Part shown: in pieces, positions 49,119 to 58,895 of the stretch | How positions within the stretch are numbered: position 1 is the stretch's first letter | Layout of the letters: each line of letters opens with the position of its first letter | Origin: Spirochaetota bacterium | GTDB taxonomy: Bacteria > Spirochaetota > UBA6919 > CBDBPB01 | DNA length: 64,000 bases | NCBI GenBank assembly: GCA_965208615.1 | Contig: CBDBPB010000001.1 | Coordinates: 93,725-157,724 of the forward strand | Direction: 5' to 3' | Program-made: the position numbers and the translations under genes | Notes under the pieces: generated by a model | Database searches by the model: none | The model's input: only the letters and a program-made list of their open reading frames with translations | What the model was told of the DNA's origin: nothing

Positions 49119-49705
49119 TAATCATCCCACTTGCCATAGTTAGGTATTTTTATGTTCTCGTCTTCATAATCCCCATCAGCGGCCGTAGTATGACACCTAT
49201 CACAATAAGCAAGCCCCTTTACCTCTTTTTGCTTAATTAACCTCTTGGGTATATCCTCATGCTCCTCTTTAAAAGCACTAGTCTCTGTAATACGCAAAGG
49301 ACTCTTATTACGAGGTATAGACTCAATAATCTCTCTATAATCCTTAGGATAGGACTTTTGATCACCGGCATTTTCACTAAGATATTTTAAAATAGCTTTT
49401 TCATCTTTCTTATCTATAGAGGCATCAGTATCAAAATGATCCTCAAGACCATCCATTACCTTAGTCCAAGACCTCTTTGGTAAAAGAGCAGCCTGATAAG
49501 CAAAATGACACTCCGAACACTCCGCCTGATAAAGATCATTTTTAACAAAAGTAGCTCCCCTTCTTTTCTTACCTTTTGAACGATCATGATCATCATCATA
49601 TGAATGTTCATCCCTACCATTACCATGACTATTATCATTGACATATAATATCCCAATAACAACAGCCACAATTAAGAATGCAAATATTATTAATATATTC
49701 CTCAT
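49118..49705 (-). CDS. Membrane-anchored dihaem cytochrome c (DHC family)
   Basis: CSECHFAYQAALLPKRSWTKVMDGLEDHFDTDA plus CDRCH. N-terminal TM anchor, then a His/Asp-rich linker. Confidence 0.85.
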   Translation of the reverse strand: MRNILIIFAFLIVAVVIGILYVNDNSHGNGRDEHSYDDDHDRSKGKKRRGATFVKNDLYQAECSECHFAYQAALLPKRSWTKVMDGLEDHFDTDASIDKKDEKAILKYLSENAGDQKSYPKDYREIIESIPRNKSPLRITETSAFKEEHEDIPKRLIKQKEVKGLAYCDRCHTTAADGDYEDENIKIPNYGKWDD

Positions 49706-49761
49706 ATAACCCCCCTATTTGTTTATCTTATTGTTTATCTTAACAAAACCTCTAATTATTG

Positions 49762-49962
49762 TCAATCGTCGTCATCGTCGTCATCGTCGTCATCAGATGA
49801 ATGCCTATGCCTATCATCATCAGATGAATGCTTAGCCCTATCATAATAATCAGATGAATGCTTAGCCCTATCATCGTCATCACCATGATTACTACTGATA
49901 TAGAATGTCCCAATAACAATAGCCACAATTAACAATATAAATATTATTAACGCATTCCTCAT
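49762..49962 (-). CDS. 66-aa membrane-anchored His/Asp-rich mini-protein (duplicate of the DHC 5' end plus a poly-Asp tail)
   Basis: The RBS/start context AGAGGGTTTATATGAGGAAT resembles AGGGGGGTTATATGAGGAAT of the DHC gene. MRNALIIFILLIVAIVIG aligns with MRNILIIFAFLIVAVVIG. The tail is DDDDRAKHSSDYYDRAKHSSDDDRHRHSSD(D)10. Confidence 0.5.
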   Translation of the reverse strand: MRNALIIFILLIVAIVIGTFYISSNHGDDDDRAKHSSDYYDRAKHSSDDDRHRHSSDDDDDDDDDD

Positions 49963-49971
49963 ATAAACCCT

Positions 49972-50394
49972 CTATTTATCCATTAAATAATGTAAAACAT
50001 CACCCTTCTCCTTTGCCGTACCTTGCCTTTTGTATACATCCCTAAAATTACGCCTAAGCCACTTTTTTATCTTCTTTAACTTAGTAAGAGACTTCGGATT
50101 AACCGAAGGCGCAAGAGGCTTAATTACCTTACCAGTACGCTTATTCTCTCCATACTGAGTTAGGTCTTTACCATGACAAGTAGTACAGGATATAGGCTTA
50201 CCCTTTTTACCAATATGAGTGCTAGTAAATATCTCCTTTCCGTTAGCCTTACTAAAACCACTAAAATTAGAGTCTTGCTTCTTAGCCTCAGCCTCTAACT
50301 TTATTAGATAGCTCTTTAAAACATTATTAGGAACAGCAAATACACTAACTACCAAAATAAGTAACACCGTTATAAAAACTAATCTGTTTATCAT
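49972..50394 (-). CDS. Monohaem cytochrome c of the DUF1924 (SHP-like) family
   Basis: Signal peptide, a single CTTCHG, and downstream KKWLRRNF...EKGDVLHYL resembling the family tail W..RN......EK.D...YL. Confidence 0.8.
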   Translation of the reverse strand: MINRLVFITVLLILVVSVFAVPNNVLKSYLIKLEAEAKKQDSNFSGFSKANGKEIFTSTHIGKKGKPISCTTCHGKDLTQYGENKRTGKVIKPLAPSVNPKSLTKLKKIKKWLRRNFRDVYKRQGTAKEKGDVLHYLMDK

Positions 50395-50575
50395 AAATTA
50401 ACTTTTCCTTTATTAAAAAAATAAATATTTTTTAGTTATAAAACTTTGTATTAAGCTAAAGTAAAAATGTTACAGAATTGTTAACCAACATTAACTTTTT
50501 ATATTATTATATTTAGTTATAAAAATGCTAATAATTGTAAGACAGTATTAGTTTCTTTATTGGCAAGCTACTAAG

Positions 50576-51271
50576 CTAAATAAGCACAAATGGATCGTCT
50601 ATCTTAAGAGGATTACCAGATATAAATCCTTGACCATACCTTGCACCAATAGAATAACCCATATACTTTGACCAAGCTATCATACCCTGAAAAAAACCAA
50701 TTTTCTTTCCATGACTACCAAACATCTGAGACTCATGACTCTTTAGAACCCTAATCCACTCATGAGCTACTTCTGTAATATCCACAATAAATGTTGGCTT
50801 CATGTATCTGGGAAATAAATAATATAAAACCAGTTTAACCTCATGAGGTTCACTGTCCAAAGGCATCTTATGGAGTCTTGCAAAATTAATACCGTGAGAC
50901 GCTAAATAACTAGTCGTTATATGATCAGTATGCCCTTGTTTACGACCTGGTGTGCCCTCCCAATAAGGCACTAAAACAATCTTTGGCTTTGTCTTTCGTA
51001 TGAATGAGGCAACCTTAAGACGACTATCAAATGAATCAGCTATCTGACAGTCCTTAAAACCGGCAAACTCCATGTAATCCAGCTCCATTAGCTTAGCGGC
51101 ATTCTCCAGCTCTTTGATCCGTATATCCTTTGTACCACCAGTACCCATCTCACCAAGGGTCATTTGTAGTATTCCAGTTTTATAACCCATTCTCTTTAAT
51201 TTTATCAATAATCCACCGCATCCAATTTCTGCATCATCAGGATGAGGGCTAATAGCTAATATATCAATCAT
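50576..51271 (-). CDS. PIG-L/LmbE-family N-acetylglucosaminyl deacetylase (BshB-like)
   Basis: ILAISPHPDDAEIGCGG and HTDH motifs. Confidence 0.85.
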   Translation of the reverse strand: MIDILAISPHPDDAEIGCGGLLIKLKRMGYKTGILQMTLGEMGTGGTKDIRIKELENAAKLMELDYMEFAGFKDCQIADSFDSRLKVASFIRKTKPKIVLVPYWEGTPGRKQGHTDHITTSYLASHGINFARLHKMPLDSEPHEVKLVLYYLFPRYMKPTFIVDITEVAHEWIRVLKSHESQMFGSHGKKIGFFQGMIAWSKYMGYSIGARYGQGFISGNPLKIDDPFVLI

Positions 51272-51410
51272 TTTACATATCCAATAAAATTATATAATAA
51301 ACCCTTAAAACATTATCTCATAAACCAATAAACAAGTAACTTATTTAAATAGGTGGGTTATTCCAAAACTAATCCTAAATATAATATAGCATATTTAATC
51401 TAAAAATAAA

Positions 51411-51593
51411 TTATTTTTGCCGCTTATTCAAAAGCTCTTTATAATTAGGGATACTCCTAGATAAAATATCCTCCCTAATATCAACAACCAGCTTAGCAAC
51501 ATAAATAATAAATAAAATAATAATAGCTAATAAAAAAAAAGCCTTTATAGTCTGTTTTAAGACTAAAACAATCTCTTTTTTCATATATACCAA
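51411..51593 (-). CDS. Possible small single-TM protein
   Basis: A 60-aa ORF with one hydrophobic helix and no other support. Confidence 0.3.
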   Translation of the reverse strand: MVYMKKEIVLVLKQTIKAFFLLAIIILFIIYVAKLVVDIREDILSRSIPNYKELLNKRQK

Positions 51594-51826
51594 TGAGTAA
51601 AAATAAAATTATAAAAGATTTAACTATAAATTAACAAAGGTTCTAACAAATATAATAAAAAGCTTAGCTTTAAGACAAAAATGTCTTATTCTTATTTTAT
51701 TTTCTTGTTCCACTAACTAATTAAATCACTCTAGTTTGCTTTTGTTATATTTACTATCACATTTGAGTTATAATATATATGTATTTCTTTATTTTATAAC
51801 AAAGTTACTTGTTTTGGAGTATATAT

Positions 51827-54800
51827 ATGAAAAAGAATAATGTCAAATTTAACCTTTTAGAACAAGTTTTTAAGCATCTCTCAAAAGATGATCCCCTATA
51901 CAATAACAGCAACTTTATACTTTTTATAAAAACGTTTTTGGAAGATCAACCAACTAATATTACTATAAATCATGACTTTGTCTATATGCTTACAAACAGC
52001 TATAACTATATAAATAAAAATGATCTACCTAAGATTCGTGTTTTTAACTTATCCGACAATAACCTAATGAAAAACTCCACAATAATACAAAGCCTTTCTG
52101 AAGATATTAAGTTCCTGTTAGACAGCATCAGAGAGTATATTAACGAAAATAGATATAAAACTAAAATCATTGTTAATCCTATTTTCTCAGCCATAAGAGA
52201 TGAACAAGGAAACCTTAAACTCCTTGAAACTGCAAAAGAAAATAAACAACAAGAATCATTTATCCACATAGAAATTGATAAGGTCAGCGATAACAAAGCC
52301 AATGAAATAGAAAAAAATCTAAAACTAATATTATTTGCAGTAAAGTCTGCAACTGGAGACTTTACCTATACTACTTCAGTACTTAAAAAACTTATCAGGC
52401 ATTTTAAAGAAGGATATTTAACTACTTTTAAAAATCATGGTTTTTCTCTTTATGAGTCCATCCACTTTTTAGAGTGGCTTTTGGATGATAACTTCATATT
52501 TTTAGGTTATAGATGTTATGAGTTCTCCCAAAAAAATAAAAAACTATATATGCAGGTTAATAAGTCCAATGCAAAAGGTATACTAAGTAATTATAAGGAT
52601 TCTGCATGTTATAATCCCGTTGATGTTAATGACTTCCCCAATATAAAAAAAGACCGTATTATGCTTTTAACTCCCCTTCTACTAGAAAAGAGTTCTAAAA
52701 AGAGTATTATCCATCGTCGCAACTATATGGATCTTGTAGAAATCCGTGAATTTACTGATTTAGAAGTACCATTAAAATATCATAGATTCCTAGGACTCTT
52801 TACCAGAAAAGCTCTATTTAACCAGTCGAAAGATATACCTATTCTGAAAACTAAATTGGAACTACTATTAGAAGATAAACAAATAGTTAAAGGTTCTGCT
52901 ATGTATAGAGAAGTTTTAACTGTTTTTAACAGTCTGCCAAAAGAAGAACTTTTTTTCAGCTCTATAAAAGATCTTAATAGCCTTATCCAGCTAATAGTAA
53001 GCGCTTATAGAAAACAAACAATTAAGATTTATCTTCGTAGGAGTATACTTGGAACATCATTATCTATAATAATGGCACTCCCAGAAAAGTATTTTAGTTC
53101 CAATAACCTAAATACAGTTGCTAACTATCTCAAATCATTTTTTAATGCGAAATCCATTCAGTATTATCAAACTAGAAGTCATCCAGGATTCTGGCAGGCA
53201 CATTACTTGGTTAGCCTTTCTGACCTAGAACTTAGAGAGTTCAATAAAGATGATCTGGAACAAGAAGTTACCTATATAGTAAAAAACTGGAAAGACAAAT
53301 TAATTGATATTATAGAAAAATATCATAGTAATAGTATAGCTGAAAGCTATTATCATAAATATATTTCATACTTCCCAAAGGAATATCAATCGGTTTATAG
53401 TCCAAAGACTGCTCTGGATGATATATATTACTTAGAAGAATATTATAAAACAAATAAAAACCAGTATAACATTATAACTCCAGATAAGAGTAGCACTCCT
53501 GATAAGTGCTATACAACTATAAGAATATATTCTAATAAAAAAATCAGTCTTACAATAATGATGCCAATATTAGATAATTTTGGTCTAAACGTAATAGATG
53601 AATTATCCTATAAGTTAGCCTCTGAAAACAATGATGCATTATATATTCACAGTTTTAGCGTAACCGATCTCGATGGAGTGATTGTTAATAAACAAATAAG
53701 TGATACCGTATTAAAAGAAGCACTAATACAGGTAATGGATAACAACTTCGAAAATGGAACCCTAAATGCCCTTATAACGAAAACTGGCATGAATTATAAG
53801 CAAATAAACTTAACCAGAGTATACTATAACTACTACTTCCAAATAGAAAGAATATTTACCCGTAAAACAGTTGCAAAAACAGTATTAAAATATGCCTATA
53901 TGCTAAAAAAAATGTTTACATTCTTTGACCTAAAGTTTAACCCTAAACATAATAAGCATAATAATATGAAAAACATACAAAATAACATCCTAGAAGACCT
54001 ACAAAAAGTAACTGATATAAATGAAGATCGAATATTAAAGTCTTTTTATAACCTAATTGATAGCACACTAAGAACTAACTACTACTCTAGGGATACAACT
54101 AAAAACTTTCTAATCTCTATAAAAATTGAAAGCCAAAAAGTACATAATATGCCTGAACCAAAACCAATGTATGAGATATTTGTATATAGCAATATAATGG
54201 AGGGTATTCATTTACGTGGGGGTAAGGTTGCCAGAGGTGGATTGCGTTGGAGTGACCGTAATGATGACTATCGTACTGAAATACTTGCATTAATGAAAAC
54301 TCAAATGACAAAAAATGCCGTTATAGTACCAGTAGGGTCAAAAGGAGGGTTTGTAATTAAAAACTCTAATCAAAAACAAGATCCAAACTTTATTAAGCTC
54401 CAGTATCAGCGGTTTATATCAGCTATGCTCGATATAACAGACAACATCATAGATAATAAAATTATTCATCCTAAAAAAGTTATATGCTACGATAATGAAG
54501 ATCCATATTTAGTTGTAGCGGCAGATAAAGGTACTACTTACTTATCCGATGCCGCTAATGAAATATCTTACAAATATAAATACTGGATGGGGGATGCCTT
54601 TGCAAGCGGTGGGTCATATGGATACGATCACAAAAAAGAAGGTATTACTGCAAAAGGTGCATGGGAGTGTGTTAAACGTCATTTTAGAGAGATTAATAAA
54701 AACGTCCAAGAAGAAGAGTTTAGCGTTATTGCTATTGGAGATATGTCTGGTGACGTCTTTGGTAACGGAATGCTCCTCTCTAAGAAAATCCTTTTAAAGG

Positions 54801-56602
54801 CGGCTTTTAATCATATTCATATATTTATTGATCCAAATCCTAATGCTGAAGACTCATACAAAGAACGAGAAAGACTTTTTAACTTACCACACTCAACATG
54901 GATGGATTATAATCCAAATATAATATCAAAGGGCGGGGGAGTGTTTAAGCGATATGACAAGTCTATATCCATAACCGAAGAAATTAAAACGTTAATAAAT
55001 ACTGATGAAAATGAGCTTAGTAGTGAAAAGTTAATCAAACTAATATTAAAAGCCAATGTTGAACTACTGTGGAACGGGGGTATAGGAACTTATATTAAGT
55101 CCTCTAGCGAGAGTAATGAACAGGTTAGGGATAAGGCTAATGATTCCCTTAGAATTAATGCATCTGAGTTAAAAGTAAAAGTGGTTGGTGAAGGTGGTAA
55201 TTTAGGTCTTACACAGCTGGCTAGAGTTGAGTATTCCCTTAATGACGGCAGAATTAATACTGATTCAATAGACAACTCTGCAGGAGTTGATATGTCTGAT
55301 CACGAGGTTAATCTTAAGATTTTGTTTTCTCATCTAATGGATAGAAAACTAGTTAAAAACTTAGATGAACGTAATCAGTTTTTATCCAGCCTTACCGTTG
55401 ATTTAAATTATATGGTAGTTAAAGATAATTATTTACAAAGTCTTGCTATATCCATGGATCACCTTAAATCTAAGGCTAATATTGATCAATATAGAGAACT
55501 TATTAGAGATCTAATACACGAAAGAATATTAGACCCCAAAGGAGAGTTTATACCCACTGATAAAGAAATAATAAGCTATAACTCTGAAGGAAAGGGCATT
55601 TTAAGGCCACAACTATCAATTATTATGGCTCATGAAAAAATGAGAGCTTATCAGGCTATATTAAACTCCAACATACCAGATTTACCTTATTGCAATAAGT
55701 ATATCATATCTTATTTTCCTGATAAGGTCTATGCCTCATTCAATGGGCATATTACAAGCCATCAACTAAAAAGAGAGATAATTGCAACCACTATTACAAA
55801 CCATATTATAAACTCTGGTGGATCAACTCTTCTCTATGAACTAAAAAGAGATACAGGACATTCATACTCCAACATTGCAGGGGCATATCTAATGATAGAG
55901 GATATACTAGATATATCTGAAATACGTCAAGCAATCTATCTACTAGATAACGAAATACCTGCTAAATTGCAGTATGAAAAACTTAGTATTGTAAATAAGC
56001 TAAGTAAAAAAATCCTTAGTTGGAATCTCGCTTTTAAACAATGCATAATACCAAACAATGAAGAAATCATAAAGCTCAAAAATGATATATGGAACTTTGA
56101 TGAAAAGCTTACTCAGTCTATTACCGAAAATAAAAAGTCTTATTTCCAAAAACTAAACGAAGAGGATATTAAAAAAGGTATACCATCCGGACTCGCAAAT
56201 AAAATATTGGCTCTAGAAAGACTAAAAAGTGTTTTTCTTTATCTGCCCTTATCGAATAAGTTTAATTATAGTCTTGTTGATTGTCATTCCATTTTAACTG
56301 AAATAGATAGTATATTATCTATGGATGTAGTACTAACTTACCTTGAACAAGTATCCCTTTCTACTATATGGGATCAGGTAACATATAATTATTTAAGTAT
56401 ACAGCTACAATTTGTTAGATATTTCTTAGCTAAAAAAATACTGCGTTATCATAAAGGCAGTATAGAAGAGTATTGTAAAATAAAAGAATCGCAACTTAAC
56501 TACTATAGTAGTTGGGTAATCCGGCTGAAAGAAGGCGATAGAAATATTAGCTTACATCCAATAACTGTAATATTAAAGTATTTATGGAATATAATTAATT
56601 AA
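51827..56602 (+). CDS. gdhB: Large NAD-specific glutamate dehydrogenase (Bac_GDH, ~180 kDa class)
   Basis: Catalytic core RGGLRWSDR, VPVGSKGGF, VVAADKGT and GDMSGDVFGNGML. Start set to the ATG at 51827, 7 nt after GGAG. The track ORF begins at TTG 51809. Confidence 0.9.
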   Translation: MKKNNVKFNLLEQVFKHLSKDDPLYNNSNFILFIKTFLEDQPTNITINHDFVYMLTNSYNYINKNDLPKIRVFNLSDNNLMKNSTIIQSLSEDIKFLLDSIREYINENRYKTKIIVNPIFSAIRDEQGNLKLLETAKENKQQESFIHIEIDKVSDNKANEIEKNLKLILFAVKSATGDFTYTTSVLKKLIRHFKEGYLTTFKNHGFSLYESIHFLEWLLDDNFIFLGYRCYEFSQKNKKLYMQVNKSNAKGILSNYKDSACYNPVDVNDFPNIKKDRIMLLTPLLLEKSSKKSIIHRRNYMDLVEIREFTDLEVPLKYHRFLGLFTRKALFNQSKDIPILKTKLELLLEDKQIVKGSAMYREVLTVFNSLPKEELFFSSIKDLNSLIQLIVSAYRKQTIKIYLRRSILGTSLSIIMALPEKYFSSNNLNTVANYLKSFFNAKSIQYYQTRSHPGFWQAHYLVSLSDLELREFNKDDLEQEVTYIVKNWKDKLIDIIEKYHSNSIAESYYHKYISYFPKEYQSVYSPKTALDDIYYLEEYYKTNKNQYNIITPDKSSTPDKCYTTIRIYSNKKISLTIMMPILDNFGLNVIDELSYKLASENNDALYIHSFSVTDLDGVIVNKQISDTVLKEALIQVMDNNFENGTLNALITKTGMNYKQINLTRVYYNYYFQIERIFTRKTVAKTVLKYAYMLKKMFTFFDLKFNPKHNKHNNMKNIQNNILEDLQKVTDINEDRILKSFYNLIDSTLRTNYYSRDTTKNFLISIKIESQKVHNMPEPKPMYEIFVYSNIMEGIHLRGGKVARGGLRWSDRNDDYRTEILALMKTQMTKNAVIVPVGSKGGFVIKNSNQKQDPNFIKLQYQRFISAMLDITDNIIDNKIIHPKKVICYDNEDPYLVVAADKGTTYLSDAANEISYKYKYWMGDAFASGGSYGYDHKKEGITAKGAWECVKRHFREINKNVQEEEFSVIAIGDMSGDVFGNGMLLSKKILLKAAFNHIHIFIDPNPNAEDSYKERERLFNLPHSTWMDYNPNIISKGGGVFKRYDKSISITEEIKTLINTDENELSSEKLIKLILKANVELLWNGGIGTYIKSSSESNEQVRDKANDSLRINASELKVKVVGEGGNLGLTQLARVEYSLNDGRINTDSIDNSAGVDMSDHEVNLKILFSHLMDRKLVKNLDERNQFLSSLTVDLNYMVVKDNYLQSLAISMDHLKSKANIDQYRELIRDLIHERILDPKGEFIPTDKEIISYNSEGKGILRPQLSIIMAHEKMRAYQAILNSNIPDLPYCNKYIISYFPDKVYASFNGHITSHQLKREIIATTITNHIINSGGSTLLYELKRDTGHSYSNIAGAYLMIEDILDISEIRQAIYLLDNEIPAKLQYEKLSIVNKLSKKILSWNLAFKQCIIPNNEEIIKLKNDIWNFDEKLTQSITENKKSYFQKLNEEDIKKGIPSGLANKILALERLKSVFLYLPLSNKFNYSLVDCHSILTEIDSILSMDVVLTYLEQVSLSTIWDQVTYNYLSIQLQFVRYFLAKKILRYHKGSIEEYCKIKESQLNYYSSWVIRLKEGDRNISLHPITVILKYLWNIIN

Positions 56603-56712
56603 TTGCGATTCCTTGTTCTAATAAATAAAAAGCATTCTAACTTTTTATATACTTCCTTCCATACAACGTCAATGTATAACAAGTAAGAAAAAACCTATCC
56701 CTAGGCTAATCA

Positions 56713-57312
56713 TCAAAATGAATATCCAACTCCCATACCACCAAGACCATAAAACCCAAGGGTTGCATTAGTATCAATGTGCAAACCAAGACGAACCATA
56801 ACTTGTAAAGATAATCCAAAATCAAAAGTATAACGCCAACCAAACTCAGCACTAGGAGTGAAAATAATTAAAAATTTATTATCATAAGTAAGTGAGGGAA
56901 GCTTAAGCCTATGATAAGTACTAAATATAATATCCATTGACGGACCTATCCAAAAGCCATGAGGCCTTACACCCTTTATAATAGCAAAACGACCAGAAAT
57001 ACCTAACAAAAATGCAGGCCAATTTCTAACACCAATTTCACTAGGACTGCTTGAGTAATTATTACTTAATATACTACTAGGAGGTGAACTTAATCCAGTT
57101 CCACCAAGTCTAGGAGCAATACTAATAGACTTTCCCAAACCAATATCTCCCTCAAGCTCAATCTGAAAACCAAAAACCCCTCCCGTAAGATTTATACCAA
57201 TAACATATTTTCTATCAGTATCACCGCCGGATAATACACTATCAGCAAAAGATAATTGTGCTAAGCTAAATAGCACTAAAGTAAAAATAAAAACTTTAAC
57301 AGCTCTAAGCAT
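56713..57312 (-). CDS. Small outer-membrane beta-barrel protein
   Basis: Start moved to the ATG at 57312 (MLRAVKVFIFTLVLFSLAQLSFA), which follows AGGAGG. Gly-rich amphipathic strands, terminal GVGYSF. Confidence 0.7.
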   Translation of the reverse strand: MLRAVKVFIFTLVLFSLAQLSFADSVLSGGDTDRKYVIGINLTGGVFGFQIELEGDIGLGKSISIAPRLGGTGLSSPPSSILSNNYSSSPSEIGVRNWPAFLLGISGRFAIIKGVRPHGFWIGPSMDIIFSTYHRLKLPSLTYDNKFLIIFTPSAEFGWRYTFDFGLSLQVMVRLGLHIDTNATLGFYGLGGMGVGYSF

Positions 57313-57458
57313 TCTACCACTCCTCCTTTTAACTAAGTCAAAATTAATAATATATTTATAACACAATATAATTTAAAGTAAAACAAATATACTATAAAAA
57401 ACTGCATAAATTATAAATTATCTAATAAAATTAGTATATTTATGGATTAATAACTATA

Positions 57459-57896
57459 ATGAGGAAGCTCGTGAATAAAAAAAAAGGCTTCAAAATAATA
57501 GACCATAAAGCTGATATAGCTGTAGAGGTCTTTAGCAATAGTATAAATGAACTCTATCAGGTCGCTATAGAGGCATTTACCTCAATTATAACTAACTTAG
57601 AAAAAGTAAATCCAACAACATACCGTATGGTAATCATAAAAGGAAATGATAAAGAACAATGCCTTGTAAACCTATTGTCAGAGCTAATCTTTATTTATGA
57701 TGTTGATGGCTTTCTATGTAGAAAAACAAGAATTACTAATATAACCCCTAATCACCTAAGAGCTGATTTATATGGAGAAAAATTTGACAATGAAAAACAT
57801 GATATCTTGGGTGATATTAAAGCTGTTACTTATCATGGATTATCCATCATAAAAGAAGATGGATTATTTAGAACTACTATTATATTTGATCTGTAG
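57459..57896 (+). CDS. Archease
   Basis: DHKADIAVEV near the N-terminus and KAVTYHGLSI...IIFDL at the C-terminus. 145 aa. Confidence 0.8.
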   Translation: MRKLVNKKKGFKIIDHKADIAVEVFSNSINELYQVAIEAFTSIITNLEKVNPTTYRMVIIKGNDKEQCLVNLLSELIFIYDVDGFLCRKTRITNITPNHLRADLYGEKFDNEKHDILGDIKAVTYHGLSIIKEDGLFRTTIIFDL

Positions 57897-58079
57897 CTAT
57901 TTTTATATTAATACTACATTTATATATTTATTCAGAAAGTTTTTTGCATAGTAGATTTTAATAGGTGTTTAACTTAAAAAGTATTAAAAATGTTTGTATC
58001 AAGTTTAATAAAAATAAAATGAGTATAGTTATAGGTTTTTAATAACGTTTAACTTAGTATAAAATATTAGGACAACTAA

Positions 58080-58250
58080 ATGGCAAGTTACATAAGTACG
58101 AAAAAAAAAGAACTATATATTGGAGTTTGCAATTCCTGCATGAAGAAAAAAAATATAGTCAGCTCTATACGTAATGATAAAGGTGTATTATACGATTACT
58201 GTCATAGATGCTTCGAAGAGATTACAGGAAGAAAAGTCTCAAAAAGATAG
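58080..58250 (+). CDS. 56-aa zinc-ribbon-like protein (below the ORF-track cutoff)
   Basis: Translates MASYISTKKKELYIGVCNSCMKKKNIVSSIRNDKGVLYDYCHRCFEEITGRKVSKR, with CxxC...CxxC. Only a weak RBS (TAGGACAA). Confidence 0.4.
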   Translation: MASYISTKKKELYIGVCNSCMKKKNIVSSIRNDKGVLYDYCHRCFEEITGRKVSKR

Positions 58251-58270
58251 TATGTTAACTTTATTAATAA

Positions 58271-58864
58271 TTAATATCTACTTTTATCCCCAATATCATA
58301 GTGAAAAGGATGTTGTAACTTTCTAATTGTAAAAATAGTAACCAAAAATGCTATCATTAATACCAAAGTAAAAGATATAGGATGCGAAAAAATAAATAAT
58401 AAGTTACCCAAAACTAATATAGCACTTAATATACCAAAAAGATAACCCTCATACAACTTAAAACAAAATGCCTCCTTTGCCCCTATTCCGCTAAAAGCCG
58501 CTAATAAAAATCCCCAACCAATAATTCCTAACCAATTATCAAATATACTATTAACCCCACTATATAAAGTAAGGGATAAAATAATAATAAAAGATATAAC
58601 CCAAAAAACTCGTATTATCATAAGAATACGCTTATCGTATAAATGTAAAAAAATAAGGGATACCCCAACAGAAATAAGGAAAGTCCACAAAACTATATCT
58701 ATCCCCTTAAAAATAATGTGATCAAAACGATTTATATTAACAAAATATAGTGCAAAAACAGCATATATAAAACAAAATGTAGATATAACTATTCCTAATC
58801 GGTATATTAAAACAGTTATTTTATCCCACTTGGTTATAGTTTGAAGCTCTTTTTTATCTCCCAT
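58271..58864 (-). CDS. Integral membrane protein (5-6 TM), function unknown
   Basis: Hydrophobic 197-aa ORF. The C-terminal PFHYDIGDKSRY is polar. Confidence 0.65.
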   Translation of the reverse strand: MGDKKELQTITKWDKITVLIYRLGIVISTFCFIYAVFALYFVNINRFDHIIFKGIDIVLWTFLISVGVSLIFLHLYDKRILMIIRVFWVISFIIILSLTLYSGVNSIFDNWLGIIGWGFLLAAFSGIGAKEAFCFKLYEGYLFGILSAILVLGNLLFIFSHPISFTLVLMIAFLVTIFTIRKLQHPFHYDIGDKSRY

Positions 58865-58895
58865 TATACTATCCTTAAATTAATTTATTACTTTA

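Noticed and set aside
49762-49800. gtcgtcatc-type trinucleotide run considered as a non-coding microsatellite
   Set aside because: It is in frame as the poly-Asp tail of the 66-aa ORF, and it is treated under that finding.
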